A stretch of 7,836 nt of DNA from a virus (taxonomy: Duplodnaviria > Heunggongvirae > Uroviricota > Caudoviricetes), in the IMG/VR virus record IMGVR_UViG_2529293142_000019, positions 1-7,836 of that record. One strand, written 5' to 3'. The notes beneath the pieces were generated by a model. That model was not told where the DNA came from. It did no database searches and was given only the letters and a program-made list of their open reading frames with translations. Positions 5,590 to 7,836 of this stretch are shown piece after piece. Both the position numbers and the translations under genes were made by a program. How positions within the stretch are numbered: the stretch's first letter is position 1; the number at the start of each line of letters is the position of its first letter.

Positions 5590-5796
5590 CTACCCGATAA
5601 GCCAAATAACAAACGCTATGAGCACCGCGCCAATAGTGGTCGGGAAAAGACCTCTGGTATAGGCGGCGAGGTAATGAACGTTGAGAACAATAAAGCGCTC
5701 TTTTTGTCCTGTTAGCTTGTTAAGCAGATAAATCGCTATTACACCCACTTCCAGGAATACAAGGTTCAGAATGGCGCTGATGATATTGCTGGTCAT
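5590..5796 (-). CDS. Possible small membrane protein (68 aa, two hydrophobic helices); start uncertain
   Basis: The hydrophobic C-terminal segment of track ORF 5590..6045 is MTSNIISAILNLVFLEVGVIAIYLL...IGAVLIAFVIWLIG. The longer N-terminal extension overlaps the Cox-like gene out of frame and looks non-coding. The ATG at 5796 has no clear Shine-Dalgarno, hence low confidence. Confidence 0.4.
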   Translation of the reverse strand: MTSNIISAILNLVFLEVGVIAIYLLNKLTGQKERFIVLNVHYLAAYTRGLFPTTIGAVLIAFVIWLIG

Positions 5797-5806
5797 TTTT
5801 GTGTGT

Positions 5807-6328
5807 TTAGTTGCCTTCGCTGCTTTTGAGTCGCTCCAGCTTTGAACTTCTGCCTGTATAAACTCGCTTACCGTTAATGGTCTGGCAGTCTTCTTTATTA
5901 GCTGGAAAGAACTTTCTTTTCTGGCGGTCATACGTCCAGTAACTTTTCCAGTTGTGCCATTCTGGTGGCTCAAGTTCCGGTAGCTCGTCAGCCAGTGCGT
6001 CCCACTCTTTGGCGTTAAACCACCATACTCCGTCTGAGTTTTCATCTTCCGGGTTTGTGCGCGTCTTGTGTCCCGGCATTTGACCGCGATGAATGGCTAC
6101 GCGCAGTGCAGATTTTGTTAGCCCAATATATGCCGCGCCTTTTTCCAGAGAGCAAAGCCCGGCGATCGGACCATCCAGCCGTAAAGTCGCTCCTTTTTTG
6201 TAGGAACGCTTTTTCTTGTTTTCTTCGTGTTCGTCGTCGTTGGCGGCATCAATGGATCCGCTGAGTGCGTCACTTTCCTGAAGTGGTTGGTGGTCAGATA
6301 ACTCTTTATCGGCAATGAAGTCCCGCAT
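5807..6328 (-). CDS. Cox/excisionase-like HTH DNA-binding protein, first gene of the early operon, unusually long (173 aa) with an acidic N-terminal extension
   Basis: ATG at 6328 preceded by AGAGGA 6 nt upstream, and divergent from the repressor gene. The central segment LCSLEKGAAYIGLTKSALRVAIHRGQMPGHK followed by WWFNAKEW resembles the winged-helix excisionase/Cox-Apl family arrangement. Sits where cox lies in P2. Assignment is from motif resemblance only. Confidence 0.5.
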   Translation of the reverse strand: MRDFIADKELSDHQPLQESDALSGSIDAANDDEHEENKKKRSYKKGATLRLDGPIAGLCSLEKGAAYIGLTKSALRVAIHRGQMPGHKTRTNPEDENSDGVWWFNAKEWDALADELPELEPPEWHNWKSYWTYDRQKRKFFPANKEDCQTINGKRVYTGRSSKLERLKSSEGN

Positions 6329-6390
6329 TTGTTATCCTCTTGCGTTGGTGCGCTTGTCGCGCCTTGTGATGGTTTGTTTTGGCTTGTAAA

Positions 6391-6448
6391 GATAACCAAA
6401 TGGTTATCTTTGTGCGAGAGGTTAATACTCAAATGGTTATCTTGTCAA
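6391..6448. promoter_or_regulatory. Lysis-lysogeny switch region: 14-bp direct-repeat candidate operators plus a consensus -35 for the leftward early promoter
   Basis: caaatggttatctt occurs at 6397-6410 and 6430-6443 (33 bp apart, about three helical turns). The first copy is also part of an inverted repeat gataacc-aaat-ggttatc (6391-6408). The minus strand carries a perfect TTGACA (plus-strand tgtcaa, 6443-6448) abutting repeat 2, with a weak TATTAA candidate -10 (6422-6427) lying between the repeats. In P2 the C repressor binds direct repeats flanking the -10 of Pe. Confidence 0.5.
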
Positions 6449-6774
6449 TAGACTATGCAAAAAAGTTACGTCAGATACGTAAGGCGGAAGGGTTAACACA
6501 AAAGCAGTTTGCGGATATTACTGGGTTGTCTTTGGCAACCATAAGGAATTACGAATCGGGGCAAAAGAACGCTAGAGCAAAAATCGTTGAGGCGGTTCTG
6601 CAAGTCGATCGCTTTGAAAAATACATGCTGTGGCTAATAAAAGATAAGACGCTACCTGTCGCCGGGCAGATTGCACCGGCTCTCTCTCTTGATGGCTCTA
6701 TTCAGTCGGAGGGCGATCAGGTTTCAATCGGCATTACCCAAAAATCACCCCGATCAGGCCGCAATGTTGGCTGA
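6433..6774 (+). CDS. Immunity repressor, P2 C-like, HTH (XRE-type), 113 aa from ATG 6433 (the ORF is open from a TTG at 6379; an alternative ATG is at 6400)
   Basis: HTH motif LTQKQFADITGLSLATIRNYESG. The C-terminal region KYMLWLIKDKTLPVAGQIAPALSLDG resembles the P2 C repressor as I recall it. Divergent from the Cox-like gene and directly upstream of int on the same strand, as in P2 (C then int). GAGAGG lies 11 nt upstream of ATG 6433. Confidence 0.75.
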   Translation: MVILSIDYAKKLRQIRKAEGLTQKQFADITGLSLATIRNYESGQKNARAKIVEAVLQVDRFEKYMLWLIKDKTLPVAGQIAPALSLDGSIQSEGDQVSIGITQKSPRSGRNVG

Positions 6775-6843
6775 CTCTACACATTGAGCGAATTACATAT
6801 CGCAAGGAGTGTTTAGTTAATTTATCCGTTGGAGGGGCTAATC

Positions 6844-7836
6844 ATGTCGATTAAGCAACTCAAAGACGGACGTTATCAGGTCGATGTCAGACCGCAGGGG
6901 GCGGAAGGAAAGCGGATTCGAAAAATCTTTGCCCTGAAATCAAAGGCTCAGGAGTTTGAGAAGTATGTGTTACAGAACTTTCATGACAAGCCATGGCAGG
7001 CTAAGCCAGCTGATCAGCGGCGATTATCAGAGCTGCTTGATGCGTGGTGGATGCTTGATGGGCGTAATCAGGCTTACGGGGATAGCTACAGGGTTAGGCT
7101 AGGGAAGGTTGTTCGTGAAATGGGAGATCCTCGCGCCAGTCAGATGACGCGAAAATTTATGCTTGAATATCGGTCAGAGAAATTACAGGCCGGATTAATG
7201 CCGTCCAGTATTAATCGTGACTTATGCGTACTGTCTACCATGTTCACGGTGCTGATTGAAGCTGAGGTCTTTCACAACGCGAACCCTGTACGCGGTATAC
7301 GAAAACTGAAAGTTCAGAACACAGAGATGGCCTTTCTTTCTGATGATGAGATTGAACGGCTTCTTGAGCGACTGGAGGGTGATGCGCGTCGTGTTGCCAT
7401 TCTGTGTCTTTCTACTGGTGCCCGATGGAGTGAAGCATCGGAACTACGTGGAGAGCATATCGTTGGCAACCGGGTGACGTTCTTTAACACCAAAAACGGA
7501 AAATCCCGTTCGGTTCCTGTGGCGGATTCGGTCGTGCCTCTGATTAAAACCCGTCGAACGGGGTTATTGTATCAGGTTGATTATCTGAAGTTCCGGGAGA
7601 TTCTTCAGGAGGTGAAACCGGATTTGCCGAAGGGGCAGGCTACGCATGTCATGCGTCATACGTTTGCCACACACTTTATGATGAATGGCGGAAATATTGT
7701 TACGTTGCAACGAATCCTGGGGCACGCAACGATTCAGCAAACAATGACGTACGCTCATTTTTCGCCGGACTTTTTACAGGACGCGATCAACTTTAATCCG
7801 CTGGCTGAAAGTGTCCATAAACTGTCCATCGATTAG
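6844..7836 (+). CDS. int: Tyrosine integrase (phage integrase family, P2 Int-like), 330 aa
   Basis: GGAGG 8 nt upstream of ATG 6844 (the track start at 6829 is a TTG). The N-terminus MSIKQLKDGRYQVDVRPQG parallels P2 Int. C-terminal catalytic signature present: ARWSE (Arg), HVMRHTFATHF (His-x-x-Arg), LGHATIQQTMTYAHF (catalytic Tyr). The stop TAG is at 7834-7836, the window end. Confidence 0.9.
   Translation: MSIKQLKDGRYQVDVRPQGAEGKRIRKIFALKSKAQEFEKYVLQNFHDKPWQAKPADQRRLSELLDAWWMLDGRNQAYGDSYRVRLGKVVREMGDPRASQMTRKFMLEYRSEKLQAGLMPSSINRDLCVLSTMFTVLIEAEVFHNANPVRGIRKLKVQNTEMAFLSDDEIERLLERLEGDARRVAILCLSTGARWSEASELRGEHIVGNRVTFFNTKNGKSRSVPVADSVVPLIKTRRTGLLYQVDYLKFREILQEVKPDLPKGQATHVMRHTFATHFMMNGGNIVTLQRILGHATIQQTMTYAHFSPDFLQDAINFNPLAESVHKLSID

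Noticed and set aside
4266-5715. Plus-strand ORFs 4266-4451, 4529-4717, 5446-5715, 5462-5662
   Set aside because: Antisense to the minus-strand operon; low-complexity hydrophobic translations typical of AT-rich antisense frames.
5590-6432. Long version of ORF 5590-6045 (151 aa) and ORF 6118-6432 (104 aa)
   Set aside because: The N-terminal 83 residues of the 151-aa ORF overlap the Cox-like gene out of frame, are Thr/Ser/Gly-rich, and the ATG at 6045 has no usable Shine-Dalgarno; only the hydrophobic C-terminal part was kept as a tentative CDS. ORF 6118-6432 overlaps the Cox-like gene and the operator region out of frame.
6055-7758. ORFs 6055-6264 (+) and 7564-7758 (-)
   Set aside because: Antisense inside the Cox-like gene and the integrase gene respectively.
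1-7836. LexA (SOS) box search, CTGT-N8-ACAG, relevant because 186-type phages use SOS-controlled antirepressors
   Set aside because: Several CTGT-containing sites were checked by eye (for example near 850, 2290, 5325, 5855); none has the ACAG partner at the right spacing.

Overview
This window reads as the lysogeny-control, early and replication arm of a P2-family (P2/186-like) temperate phage or prophage from an enterobacterial host. All calls rest on reading the sequence and recalling family hallmarks; no database search or folding program was run. From left to right: (1) the N-terminal ~477 codons of a gpA-type rolling-circle replication endonuclease on the minus strand, running off the left edge; (2) two small ORFs upstream of it, the second overlapping the gpA start by ATGA; (3) a ~370-bp ORF-poor segment (2121-2487) with dense secondary-structure potential and a three-part system of complementary sequence boxes; (4) a tightly packed minus-strand operon of small ORFs (5796 down to 2488), many coupled by ATGA overlaps, ending in a small membrane protein plus an SPFH/band-7 lipoprotein; (5) a Cox-like HTH gene (minus) divergent from a C-type HTH immunity repressor (plus), with a 14-bp direct repeat in the switch region; (6) a complete tyrosine integrase whose stop codon is the last triplet of the window. 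No rRNA, tRNA, CRISPR array or transposase was seen. The most interesting signals are the structured box region, which resembles the seqA/seqB/seqC RNA immunity logic of satellite phage P4, and the SPFH-lipoprotein cargo module. Most small early ORFs have no function I can assign.
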